This document shows positions 48,508-57,022 of a DNA stretch of 64,000 nucleotides, one piece after another. The position numbers and the translations under genes were made by a program. Within the stretch, counting starts at the first letter, position 1, and each line of letters begins with the position of its first letter. The notes under the pieces were generated by a model. That model worked only from the letters and a program-made list of their open reading frames with translations, did not search any database and was not told where the DNA came from. Location: contig CAAGCB010000004.1 of the NCBI GenBank assembly GCA_900768185.1, positions 102,815 through 166,814 on the forward strand. The letters run 5' to 3'. The stretch is from Alphaproteobacteria bacterium (GTDB lineage Bacteria > Pseudomonadota > Alphaproteobacteria > CAAGCB01 > CAG-977).

Positions 48508-49817
48508 TCGGGATATAAATCCGGCAGATGCTTTTTTACGGTTTTGGCGGGCTTGACGGACAATGCGGCGGCTTGTTTGAACGAACGCGCCAGTTTGTCG
48601 GTCAAAGCCGTCCGCGCCGACGGGACATGCTTTCCGAACCGCCCCGTGGCGTACAGATACGCCTGCAATTCGTCAATATCGGCGGCAAAATCAGCCGCCC
48701 TTTCCGCGTACAAAGCGCGCACGGCGCTCAAATCGACGATTTTCCGTTTCGGGTGTTCGCTTGCCGCCCAATCGACAATCGCTTTTGCCGCCTCGTCAAA
48801 CTTCTGATTTTTCAGCGCGTCCAAAACAGCTTTTTTCAGTTTTTTACGCCGCTTCCGACGTTTCAGAAAAGGCGCGGAAATCAAGACGGCGCCTAAAAAA
48901 ACGCCCGCGGCAGCCGCCGTTTTCGCATCGAAAAAAATGAAAGAGCGGGCTTCCGTCCCTTGAACGACGGACGGCGGAAGCGCGGCGGAACGATCAGACA
49001 CGACGGTTAAAACGCGCGGCGGAACCGTCGATTTTTCGATTTGTTCGGCAACCGTGTTCCACCACCAAATGTCGAACGCCGGCAGTTCCAGCCGCCCCGC
49101 GCGTTCAGGAACGATAACGACGGTTTTTCTGACGGCGGCGACCAATTCCTTTCCCGCCGTCGACAACGTGCGTTCCGTTTTGCCGTCGTATGATTTGGCT
49201 CCGTCGGGCGTTACGGGGGAAATATCGGGCAAAAAAGCGTCCAAAGTCCCTTTCGCCGTCAAAATCAGCGACCTTTTCAAAGGAGTCCCCGCTTTAACCG
49301 TATCGGATCGCGGAAAAACGCCTTCGAACAACTCGACAGATGTCGCCGGAAACAAAGGCGGCGCGTGCGGCGGAACAGCCAAAACGTCAAACGATGGCGC
49401 GGGTGTGCAGATTGCGACCGTTCCCGACGGATCGAGCCGAACGTAGTCGGGCAAGTCGCGCGCCGATAAAACAAGCCCTTTCGCCGTCAGACACAGCGGC
49501 GAATAGTGTGCTCGCCCCGCCGATTTAACCACCAGTCCGAAGCGGAAAACCGTCACGTCGTAGATTTGTCCGTCGCGTTCGACGCGTCCTTTGTTTTCGG
49601 GTTTTTCCATATATAAATCGGCGTTTTGCCAATCCGTCGGGACGATACCGAAATCCGACAATCCGATCGCGTCAAACAGCGTCAATTCGAATTTGACTTC
49701 CTGCCCCGCGTAAAAACCGGCGGGCGGCGGGGCGAAATCAAGCCGGACGCGCAAAGGCGCCGCCTGCACGGTCGTCGCCCACGCCAACAAAAAAAGGAAT
49801 TGAAGAAACTTTACCAT
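48504..49817 (-). CDS. batD: BatD-like (oxygen tolerance) protein
   Basis: It has a signal peptide, a C-terminal TM helix followed by a KRRKRRKK stretch, and sits last in the Bat operon. Confidence 0.7.
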   Translation of the reverse strand: MVKFLQFLFLLAWATTVQAAPLRVRLDFAPPPAGFYAGQEVKFELTLFDAIGLSDFGIVPTDWQNADLYMEKPENKGRVERDGQIYDVTVFRFGLVVKSAGRAHYSPLCLTAKGLVLSARDLPDYVRLDPSGTVAICTPAPSFDVLAVPPHAPPLFPATSVELFEGVFPRSDTVKAGTPLKRSLILTAKGTLDAFLPDISPVTPDGAKSYDGKTERTLSTAGKELVAAVRKTVVIVPERAGRLELPAFDIWWWNTVAEQIEKSTVPPRVLTVVSDRSAALPPSVVQGTEARSFIFFDAKTAAAAGVFLGAVLISAPFLKRRKRRKKLKKAVLDALKNQKFDEAAKAIVDWAASEHPKRKIVDLSAVRALYAERAADFAADIDELQAYLYATGRFGKHVPSARTALTDKLARSFKQAAALSVKPAKTVKKHLPDLYPD

Positions 49818-51526
49818 TTCGCCCCGATTTCAGGTTCGCCGTCAAATCTGTTTTCGTAATACTGAAACAGAATTTTATATTTCAGCAAAGCCGCTGGATC
49901 TTCATGCACGGGAATCATATCCCCGCCGTCTTCGCCGCCGCCCTGTCCGTCGTTTTGATCGTCGTTTTCCCGTTCGTTCAAAACGTTGTCGGATTGATCG
50001 TTTGAACCGTCCCGACTTTCCGCGTCGCCGCCGTCGCCGTTATCGCCGCCGTTTTGTTCCTTTTCATCATCTTGCGGCGAATTTCCGTTTTGATTCGCGT
50101 CGCCCCCGTTTTCCGAATCGTCGTTTTCGGAATTGTCCGAACCGTCGCCCGTTTCGTCTTCGTTTGAAGATCCTCCGCCGCCTTCGTTTCCACTATGATC
50201 GCCGTCGTTTTCGCCGTTCCCGTTTCCCTCGGAATCCCGCGGCGGATTTTTGTTCAGCCGTCTGGCGATTTCCAGATTGATTTGCGCGTTTTCATCATCG
50301 GGACGCAAAGCGACGGCTTGTTCCAGCACCAACACGGATCGAGCGTAATTCCCGTCCAAAATCAAGCGCGTTCCGACGTTGTAAAGCGCGGTAAAATCCT
50401 TTGATCGTTCGGCTGTTTCGACGGCGGCGTCCGTCTTTCCCGCCCCCGTTTGTCGCGCGACAGCCATTGACGGACTGAGAAACAGATCGATGAAATCGGC
50501 TTTTGCGGATGCGGAAAAAAGCAAAAGAACCGCCACCAGCCGTCCCCGCCCGAATAAAAACGGAAACAGCAGCGCGGGCAGAATCAAAAACCAATATCCG
50601 GTATCCGCCTGTCCGCCGTCCGTCATATCGGCTTTCGCCCCCGTTTGATAGCGGTATTTTTGTTTCAAAAAAGCGATATCCGCCCCGTCGGACGACACGG
50701 AAACGTACGCGCCGTTTCCGATTGCCGCCAAATGACGCAACCAAACGTCATGCAAGCGATGGGTGACGGGATTTCCCAGCGCGTCAAAAACAGGCGTGTT
50801 TTCCTTTTGCAAAACGGCGCCGCCAGTCGTCGTCCCGACGCCGACCACAAACAGACGGGAACCTTTTTTCGCGGCGGATTTGACCAGAGCTTCCGCTTTG
50901 TCGCGCAGTTCGAAAACTTCGTCTCCGCCGTCAGTAATTAAAAAAATGTCGCCGAAAGCCGCTCCGGATTCCTCCAGCGTTTCAACAGCCGCGGCAATCG
51001 CGCGATCCAGCCGCGACCCCTGCGACGGCATTAAACCGAAATGCAGTAACGGCAACATATTTTCAACGACGCCCTTTTCCGTCGTTGTCGGAACCAGCTG
51101 ATAGGGTTCGTCCGTAAAAACGACAAAGCCGGTCGGAACGCCCTTCAATTCGTTCAGCAGATCATACACCTTGAAAACGGCGCGGCTGAAACGGTTGGGC
51201 GAAACGTCCGCCGCGCGCATGGACAACGACATGTCCAGCACGATGACGGCGGGCGATTTCGGTTCATACAGCGCCCTTTCCGTTCCGGCGACGCTCACCC
51301 CCGCCAAAGCCGCGAGGACACACAGACACGCCGACACGGCGGCGGCTTTTTTCGCTTTGGTTTCGACGGACGTTTTAATCCCCGTCGAAAGCGACCGCAA
51401 AAGGTTGGCGTCGACGACGCCCGACCACGACTTGAAGCCGCGCAGACCGAACAGAATAAAAAGAACGACGGGCGGAATGAAAACGAAAGCCCACGGACGT
51501 AAAACGGAAAAAGACAAATCAGTCAT
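49811..51526 (-). CDS. VWA-domain + TPR protein (BatB/BatC-like fusion) with a long acidic tail
   Basis: Two N-terminal TM helices, a VWA core (VIVLDMSLSM...FLITDGGDE) and a TPR segment. A D/G/N/E/S-rich stretch of about 110 aa lies near the C-terminus. Confidence 0.75.
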   Translation of the reverse strand: MTDLSFSVLRPWAFVFIPPVVLFILFGLRGFKSWSGVVDANLLRSLSTGIKTSVETKAKKAAAVSACLCVLAALAGVSVAGTERALYEPKSPAVIVLDMSLSMRAADVSPNRFSRAVFKVYDLLNELKGVPTGFVVFTDEPYQLVPTTTEKGVVENMLPLLHFGLMPSQGSRLDRAIAAAVETLEESGAAFGDIFLITDGGDEVFELRDKAEALVKSAAKKGSRLFVVGVGTTTGGAVLQKENTPVFDALGNPVTHRLHDVWLRHLAAIGNGAYVSVSSDGADIAFLKQKYRYQTGAKADMTDGGQADTGYWFLILPALLFPFLFGRGRLVAVLLLFSASAKADFIDLFLSPSMAVARQTGAGKTDAAVETAERSKDFTALYNVGTRLILDGNYARSVLVLEQAVALRPDDENAQINLEIARRLNKNPPRDSEGNGNGENDGDHSGNEGGGGSSNEDETGDGSDNSENDDSENGGDANQNGNSPQDDEKEQNGGDNGDGGDAESRDGSNDQSDNVLNERENDDQNDGQGGGEDGGDMIPVHEDPAALLKYKILFQYYENRFDGEPEIGAKW

Positions 51527-52469
51527 CGCCGCCTCCGCCGAAAGCGGCGCGTCCGACCGCGCGTTTAAAAACGGCGCAGGACGCGATCAGGGCAAACAAA
51601 GTCAACGGAAAGCGATAGAGTTCTTTTTTCCGCATCAAATAAACGTCAGCCGCCGACAGCGGTTCGTTTTCCGAAATGCGGTCGTAAGCCGCCTGAACGC
51701 CCGCGGCGTTCCGCGCCATGAAAAACATACCGCCCGTCTGCTGCGCCGCGCGCGCCAGAAAATCCGCATCGACGTTTTCGCCTTCGCCGACGCCGACGGT
51801 ATAGAACGTCACGCCGTTTTGGCGCGCGGCGGTCAGCGCGTCGTCCGGCGCCAGATTGCCCGCATTGTTCACGCCGTCAGTCAACAAAACGATCACTTTA
51901 CGCGGGGCGTCGCTTTGTTTTAAGTGCTTCAACGCCAATCCGGTCGCATCGCCGATCGCCGTCAGCGATCCCAGCCACCCCGTCCGCGCCGCGGACAGCA
52001 TCTTTTCGACCGCGCGCGCGTCAACAGTCAAAGGAACGTACAAATTGACTTGTTCCGAAAATAAAACAACGCCGACGCGATCGTTTTTACGCCGTTTGAC
52101 AAAATCGATCGCGGCGGATTTGGCGGCGTCCAAGCGCGTCATTCCTTCGCCCGCATCCGCGCGCAACATGGAACGCGAGATATCGACGACCAACATGACG
52201 TCCCGCACGGGAACGGTGTAATTCTGTATTTTGTCAGGCATTTGCGGACGCGCCAAAGCGGTGACAAGCAGAACCCACAACACCCACAGCAGCGGAGCGC
52301 CTTTGACGCCGCCGACCGCCGCCGTTTGCCTGTTCAACGTCTTGATTTGTCTGAAAAAAGGAACTTTGATCGCGGCAGAAGTTTCCCCGCCGCGCGTTCC
52401 AGACAGCCGACGAACCAAAATCGGCGCGGGAAGACACAGGAAAACATACCACCACGCAAAGGAAATCAT
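51519..52469 (-). CDS. batA: VWA-domain membrane protein BatA-like
   Basis: MIDAS context VVDISRSM...VLLTDGVNN. The ATG at 52469 overlaps the upstream TGA (ATGA junction). Confidence 0.8.
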   Translation of the reverse strand: MISFAWWYVFLCLPAPILVRRLSGTRGGETSAAIKVPFFRQIKTLNRQTAAVGGVKGAPLLWVLWVLLVTALARPQMPDKIQNYTVPVRDVMLVVDISRSMLRADAGEGMTRLDAAKSAAIDFVKRRKNDRVGVVLFSEQVNLYVPLTVDARAVEKMLSAARTGWLGSLTAIGDATGLALKHLKQSDAPRKVIVLLTDGVNNAGNLAPDDALTAARQNGVTFYTVGVGEGENVDADFLARAAQQTGGMFFMARNAAGVQAAYDRISENEPLSAADVYLMRKKELYRFPLTLFALIASCAVFKRAVGRAAFGGGGDD

Positions 52470-52951
52470 GTATTTTCGGCAACCCATTCCTTTGCCGCGG
52501 CGACCAAGGCGGCAACATTTTCGCCTTTAAACCGATCGGCGGGGACATACATGACGCTTTCAACGATATCGCCGGCATCGCCTTTAAATACGGGCTTTTT
52601 GACCGTTTGTTCCAAAAAAGCGCGCCATTTTTCCCCCGACAAGGACGCGGTTTCCGGGTGTTTCATGATAGCGATGCGCTTCATCAACAAACAGATTTCC
52701 GTCGCCAAACGGTAATCGTTGCCGGAAAAACGCCGCGCCAACCCGTCGATTTCACGGTTTGCGTATTTTCTTGCGGTCAATCTGCGGGCGAACTTCGCAA
52801 CGAACCAAACGGCGCAGACAATCGCCGCCAGAACGGTTAACGCGATCCAAAACCGCGCCGGCAACGGAAACAACGGCGGAACAGGCGGCAAATGAATATC
52901 CCGCAATCCCGACAAATCAATTCCCTGTTGCATGACCTGCCGCGGCATCAT
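52466..52951 (-). CDS. DUF4381-like small membrane protein
   Basis: It has one TM helix and lies between the DUF58 and BatA genes, as in Bat/MoxR operons. Confidence 0.6.
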   Translation of the reverse strand: MMPRQVMQQGIDLSGLRDIHLPPVPPLFPLPARFWIALTVLAAIVCAVWFVAKFARRLTARKYANREIDGLARRFSGNDYRLATEICLLMKRIAIMKHPETASLSGEKWRAFLEQTVKKPVFKGDAGDIVESVMYVPADRFKGENVAALVAAAKEWVAENT

Positions 52952-53925
52952 CGCTTTTCTCCCGCCGTTAAAACACCGCGGCGCACGGTTTGGACGATAT
53001 CTTTGTCCGTACGCAAACCGATATAGACGATATGACGGCTTTTACAAAAATTTTCCAAATCCCGTCGCGGTTTGACAAACATATTTTCATACGCCGCGCG
53101 CCATTTTTTATCGTCCGTGTAAATCGTCACGCTGCGCTTTCCGTCACTGATTCGGTAAGCCCCCGGCGGCGGCGGCGTTTCTTCCAGAACATCGAAAATT
53201 TGCACGCAAACAACATCGCAATGTTGGGCAATACAGGTCAAATGCTTTTTACATTCATCGTCAAAGCCGTAAAAATCGCTGACAATATAAATTCGTCCGC
53301 CGTTCTTACTGACGCGGCGCAATTCCGCCAAGGCGTCTTCCAGCGTCGCGCCGACGCTTGACGCGCCATCGTCGTTCGCGGCGGTGACAACGGCATTGAA
53401 CACCTCCATCAAACGGCGCATTTGGCGGTGCGGGGCGATTTTAAAATAGTGGTTTTCCGACATCACGATCGCGCCGATTTTATCGCCGCGTTCGCGCGAC
53501 GCCCATGCCAAAGCCGCCAAAACCCGCGCGGCGACGACGGATTTGAACGCCTTTTTCGTGCCGAACCGCATTCCGGAACGAAAATCGCCCAAAAACAAAA
53601 CGGGACGATCGCGTTCTTCGCGATAAAGCTTTGTGTGCGCTTTGCCCGTGCGGGCGGTCACGCGCCAGTCAATCAATCGGATATCGTCGCCCTGATGATA
53701 GGCGCGGACTTCGTCAAATTCCATGCCGCGCCCGCGAAACGGGGAACGATGGACGCCCAATCCCTCCGCCTTTGAAAAGCCCGCCTGTTCAAACGACAGC
53801 AACGGAACAAACCGTTTTTGCGCCAGCAGTTCGGACAGCGTCACATGCACGCCGTCGCCTTCGCCGCCGTTCGTGACGGACGAAGTCAAATTCGAACGCA
53901 AAAATGATTTCAGCTTATCAAACAT
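52948..53925 (-). CDS. DUF58 domain protein (MoxR-associated, VWA-like)
   Basis: DUF58 signature region GMEFDEVRAYHQGDDIRLIDWRVTAR. Confidence 0.8.
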   Translation of the reverse strand: MFDKLKSFLRSNLTSSVTNGGEGDGVHVTLSELLAQKRFVPLLSFEQAGFSKAEGLGVHRSPFRGRGMEFDEVRAYHQGDDIRLIDWRVTARTGKAHTKLYREERDRPVLFLGDFRSGMRFGTKKAFKSVVAARVLAALAWASRERGDKIGAIVMSENHYFKIAPHRQMRRLMEVFNAVVTAANDDGASSVGATLEDALAELRRVSKNGGRIYIVSDFYGFDDECKKHLTCIAQHCDVVCVQIFDVLEETPPPPGAYRISDGKRSVTIYTDDKKWRAAYENMFVKPRRDLENFCKSRHIVYIGLRTDKDIVQTVRRGVLTAGEKR

Positions 53926-54917
53926 TACGGCAACGGCACCCGTTCCAGCAACAAGTCGATAAAGCTGTCGGGAGTGACGCCCTCGGCTTCTGCTTCAAAG
54001 GTCAAAATAACACGGTGGCGCAAAACGTCGCGAACGACGGCGTGAATATCCTCGGGCAGAACGTAGTCCCTGCCCGCCAGCCAAGTGCGGGCGCGCGCGC
54101 ATCTGTCCAAAGCGATCGTGCCGCGGGGGCTGGCGCCGAAAGCGACCCAACGGGCGAATTTCGCGTCGTAGGATTCGGGGTGTCTGGTCGCCATGACCAG
54201 CTGGACGATGTATTCTTCCAGCGCAGGCGACAAATGAACGCCCAGCGCTTCTCGTCTGGCGGAAAAGACGCGTTCCTGGGGCATAACCTCGATCTGTTCC
54301 GTCCGTTCCTGCAAAGCCTCGTTCCTGACCAGTTGCAAGATGCGTCGTTCCGCCGCCGCGTCGGGCTGTCCGATTTTAACATACATCAGAAAACGATCCA
54401 GCTGGGCTTCGGGCAAAGGGTACGTTCCTTCTTGTTCAATGGGATTTTGCGTCGCCATCACCATGAACAAGCGGGGTAATTTGTAAGTCTTTCCGCCAAC
54501 CGTAACCTGACGTTCCGCCATGGCTTCCAACAGAGCGGACTGGACTTTCGCGGGCGCGCGGTTGATTTCGTCCGCCAGAACCAGATTGTGAAAAATCGGT
54601 CCCGCCTGAAATTTGAAATCCCCCGTTTCGGGACGGTAAATATCACTGCCCGTGATGTCTGACGGCAACAAGTCGGGCGTGAACTGAATGCGCTGATCGT
54701 CGCCTTCGATGGCTTCGGACAATTTTTTGATGGCTTTTGTTTTTGCCAGTCCGGGCGCGCCCTCGACCAGCAGATGACCGTCCGCCAGCAGAGAAATCAG
54801 CAATTTGTCGACCAAATCGGCTTGTCCGACAATACAGCCGTTCATATAATCCTTCAATCGCGCAAAGCCGCGTCGGGCTGTCGTCATTTCCGTTTCGGGT
54901 CTGGTTTCGGTCGACAT
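53925..54917 (-). CDS. moxR: MoxR-family AAA+ ATPase
   Basis: Walker A LVEGAPGLAKT and Walker B VLADEINRAP. I prefer the ATG at 54917, behind AGGAG. Confidence 0.9.
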   Translation of the reverse strand: MSTETRPETEMTTARRGFARLKDYMNGCIVGQADLVDKLLISLLADGHLLVEGAPGLAKTKAIKKLSEAIEGDDQRIQFTPDLLPSDITGSDIYRPETGDFKFQAGPIFHNLVLADEINRAPAKVQSALLEAMAERQVTVGGKTYKLPRLFMVMATQNPIEQEGTYPLPEAQLDRFLMYVKIGQPDAAAERRILQLVRNEALQERTEQIEVMPQERVFSARREALGVHLSPALEEYIVQLVMATRHPESYDAKFARWVAFGASPRGTIALDRCARARTWLAGRDYVLPEDIHAVVRDVLRHRVILTFEAEAEGVTPDSFIDLLLERVPLP

Positions 54918-54999
54918 AGAAAAAACTCCTTTTTTGCTTTGATGGCGTCCCTGATCCGTCATATTATACGACATCACCATTCAAGGACAGTACAAATTT

Positions 55000-55743
55000 A
55001 TGGTCGCTCAACCGTTTTATCAAATCCTGATCGGGACTTTCGACGAAAAAAATTTTTCGGGCGCCGTTTTGACACCGGACAAACCGCCCGAACCGGTGAC
55101 GTTCAATCTGCGCTTTCCGTCCTGCGCCAAAGGCGACATTTGCGGCGTGACGCGATTGAAAGGCAAGGACACGATCGTTTTGACGAACAGGACTTGTTCC
55201 GGTGTTTGTCCGTTGTTTTCACTGTCAAATCAAACGATTTCGCACACGGCGATCTCCCCCGACCGTCAGAAAATAGCCTTTGCCGTCACGAACGGCGAAA
55301 CGGGCGAAACGGTGCTGCGCGTCATTATGCGTGAAGAATTCGGCTGGTTTCCTCTGCCTTTTGTCAAACCGCCGTGCCTATCCTCGCCGATTTGTTTTTG
55401 TTCCTCCTCCGCCGTTTTGTACACGGCGCCCGACGGCGCGCTGAACGCCGTTTCGCTGTCGCGCAATCCGAAAACCATCACGTTCGCCCCGGCGGGACGC
55501 CTGCCCGCCTATCATCAGGCAAGCAGACGCACGGCATATATAAACGGCGACCAAATCGTTATCGCCGGTTCCGTTCCGTACGCGTTTTCCGTTGACGGCG
55601 TGAAAACGTCAAGCTTTTTTGAAAACGGGGAAGCTTTGCTTTACGCCGTTGACAACAAACTGTTCCGCCGAAATTTAAACGCGGAGGAATCGGTTTTACT
55701 GTTTGAATCAAACGCCCCGATTGATTTCGCGGCAGAGCTTTAA
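55000..55743 (+). CDS. Hypothetical protein (possible beta-propeller-like repeats)
   Basis: SPDRQKIAF resembles a TolB/PD40-type repeat. There is no signal peptide. Confidence 0.5.
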   Translation: MVAQPFYQILIGTFDEKNFSGAVLTPDKPPEPVTFNLRFPSCAKGDICGVTRLKGKDTIVLTNRTCSGVCPLFSLSNQTISHTAISPDRQKIAFAVTNGETGETVLRVIMREEFGWFPLPFVKPPCLSSPICFCSSSAVLYTAPDGALNAVSLSRNPKTITFAPAGRLPAYHQASRRTAYINGDQIVIAGSVPYAFSVDGVKTSSFFENGEALLYAVDNKLFRRNLNAEESVLLFESNAPIDFAAEL

Positions 55744-56885
55744 TACGACCGCCGCTCCGATTCCCCCAGCATTACCGCCGCCAAAACAGGCTGGAAAGAC
55801 GTGCCGAAATAATTCAGGAAAGCGGCTTCAAAAAAAACGGAAACAAACGCCGCCGCGAAAAGAATCCGATCAAACCTGATGAACCCGCGTCCGTACACAT
55901 CATACAACAGAAAAGCGACGCCCGCATATAAAAGACCGTAATCGGAAAGCGTCATAATCGGCGAGGCGACGCAAACACCCGTGCAAATATAGGCGTTTTG
56001 AACCGCCAGAGGGCAATTTTCACGTTTGAAAATTTGAACGCCGCCGAAACAAACCGCGACAATCGCCAAGAACTGGAACGCGGCGGCAGTCACGTTCCCG
56101 AATCCGCTTTCGCGAAAGATCGCAAACCATGACACAAACGCCTGCGGTTTGTCCGACAACAACCGGAACGTCGCCGCGAACGATTCCGAAAACGCGGACG
56201 GTCCGTAGCGCCCCCACGCCAGCAAAACGATCGCCATGCCGCCCGCCAGACACACAACGGCGGCTTTGCGGCGTTTTTGAACGATAAAAGCCGTCAAAAC
56301 GGCGCAGAACACGATCGGTTCCGCGATGCACAGCGCGCCGAAAAAACCGGCAAGCTTCGGTCGCACGCGGGCGTAAGACAAAGCCAGTATCACGGCAGCG
56401 GCGGCATAGACGCCCCACCCCCCGCCGACAAAGCTCAAATACGCGGCGGGCAGAGCGAACATCAACAACAAGGCGTCCGCCAGCCCGAACAAAGCATATA
56501 AAGCCGTTCCGAACAAAAACAATCCCCAAAAAATCCATGTTTCGAAAAACGCGTCATACGGCAAGGACAGCCAGGGAACAAGGATAAAGGATTTCATCGG
56601 CGACGCGATCGGTGAAAAAAACGCCGTCACCCGCGCCGATTGACGCAGATATTTCGACACGATTTGCGGATTGTAAGCCTCGGCGGGAGGTCTTCCGTCT
56701 TCCAACAGACGAAAGGCGCCGTAATCTCCCGCCAGATTTTCGCCGATGACGCGCAAAGTCACATATTGCCCTTTCGGCGTTCCGCTTTCGTCATAAAACG
56801 CCGCGCGCAACAAAAAAGTGTAGCTTGTCAAACAGGCGAAAAGAATCAAAAAGAGATATTTATACGATTTTTTGCTGTCGTCCAC
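55740..56885 (-). CDS. Polytopic integral membrane protein of unknown function
   Basis: It has at least 9 hydrophobic helices. I do not confidently recognise any catalytic motif. Confidence 0.6.
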   Translation of the reverse strand: MDDSKKSYKYLFLILFACLTSYTFLLRAAFYDESGTPKGQYVTLRVIGENLAGDYGAFRLLEDGRPPAEAYNPQIVSKYLRQSARVTAFFSPIASPMKSFILVPWLSLPYDAFFETWIFWGLFLFGTALYALFGLADALLLMFALPAAYLSFVGGGWGVYAAAAVILALSYARVRPKLAGFFGALCIAEPIVFCAVLTAFIVQKRRKAAVVCLAGGMAIVLLAWGRYGPSAFSESFAATFRLLSDKPQAFVSWFAIFRESGFGNVTAAAFQFLAIVAVCFGGVQIFKRENCPLAVQNAYICTGVCVASPIMTLSDYGLLYAGVAFLLYDVYGRGFIRFDRILFAAAFVSVFFEAAFLNYFGTSFQPVLAAVMLGESERRSY

Positions 56886-56974
56886 GGTAGAATCCTCCGA
56901 AAAAGCGCTGACCGATTATCGCTAAAACGCCGCGGCGTTTCAAGCGGTATTCGTCCCCGTTCCGGCTATGTCCG

Positions 56975-57006
56975 AAAAAAGCCCCCGAGTTTCCTCGGGG
57001 GCTTTT
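56975..57006 (-). terminator. Intrinsic terminator downstream of nifJ
   Basis: Stem GCCCCCGAG (56981-89) / CTCGGGGGC (56994-57002). On the minus strand it is followed by T6. Confidence 0.85.
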
Positions 57007-57022
57007 CCTGATCGGCGTCAGA

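Noticed and set aside
56925-56940. A possible REP-like family of hairpins sharing AAAACGCCGC: 23204, 36947, and the perfect 16-bp palindrome AAACGCCGCGGCGTTT at 56925-56940.
   Set aside because: The same 10-mer also occurs inside coding sequence (for example 3980-3989 in the carboxypeptidase gene, encoding KNAA). The shared part is just an A-run followed by a GC stem. That fits ordinary terminator composition rather than a mobile repeat family.
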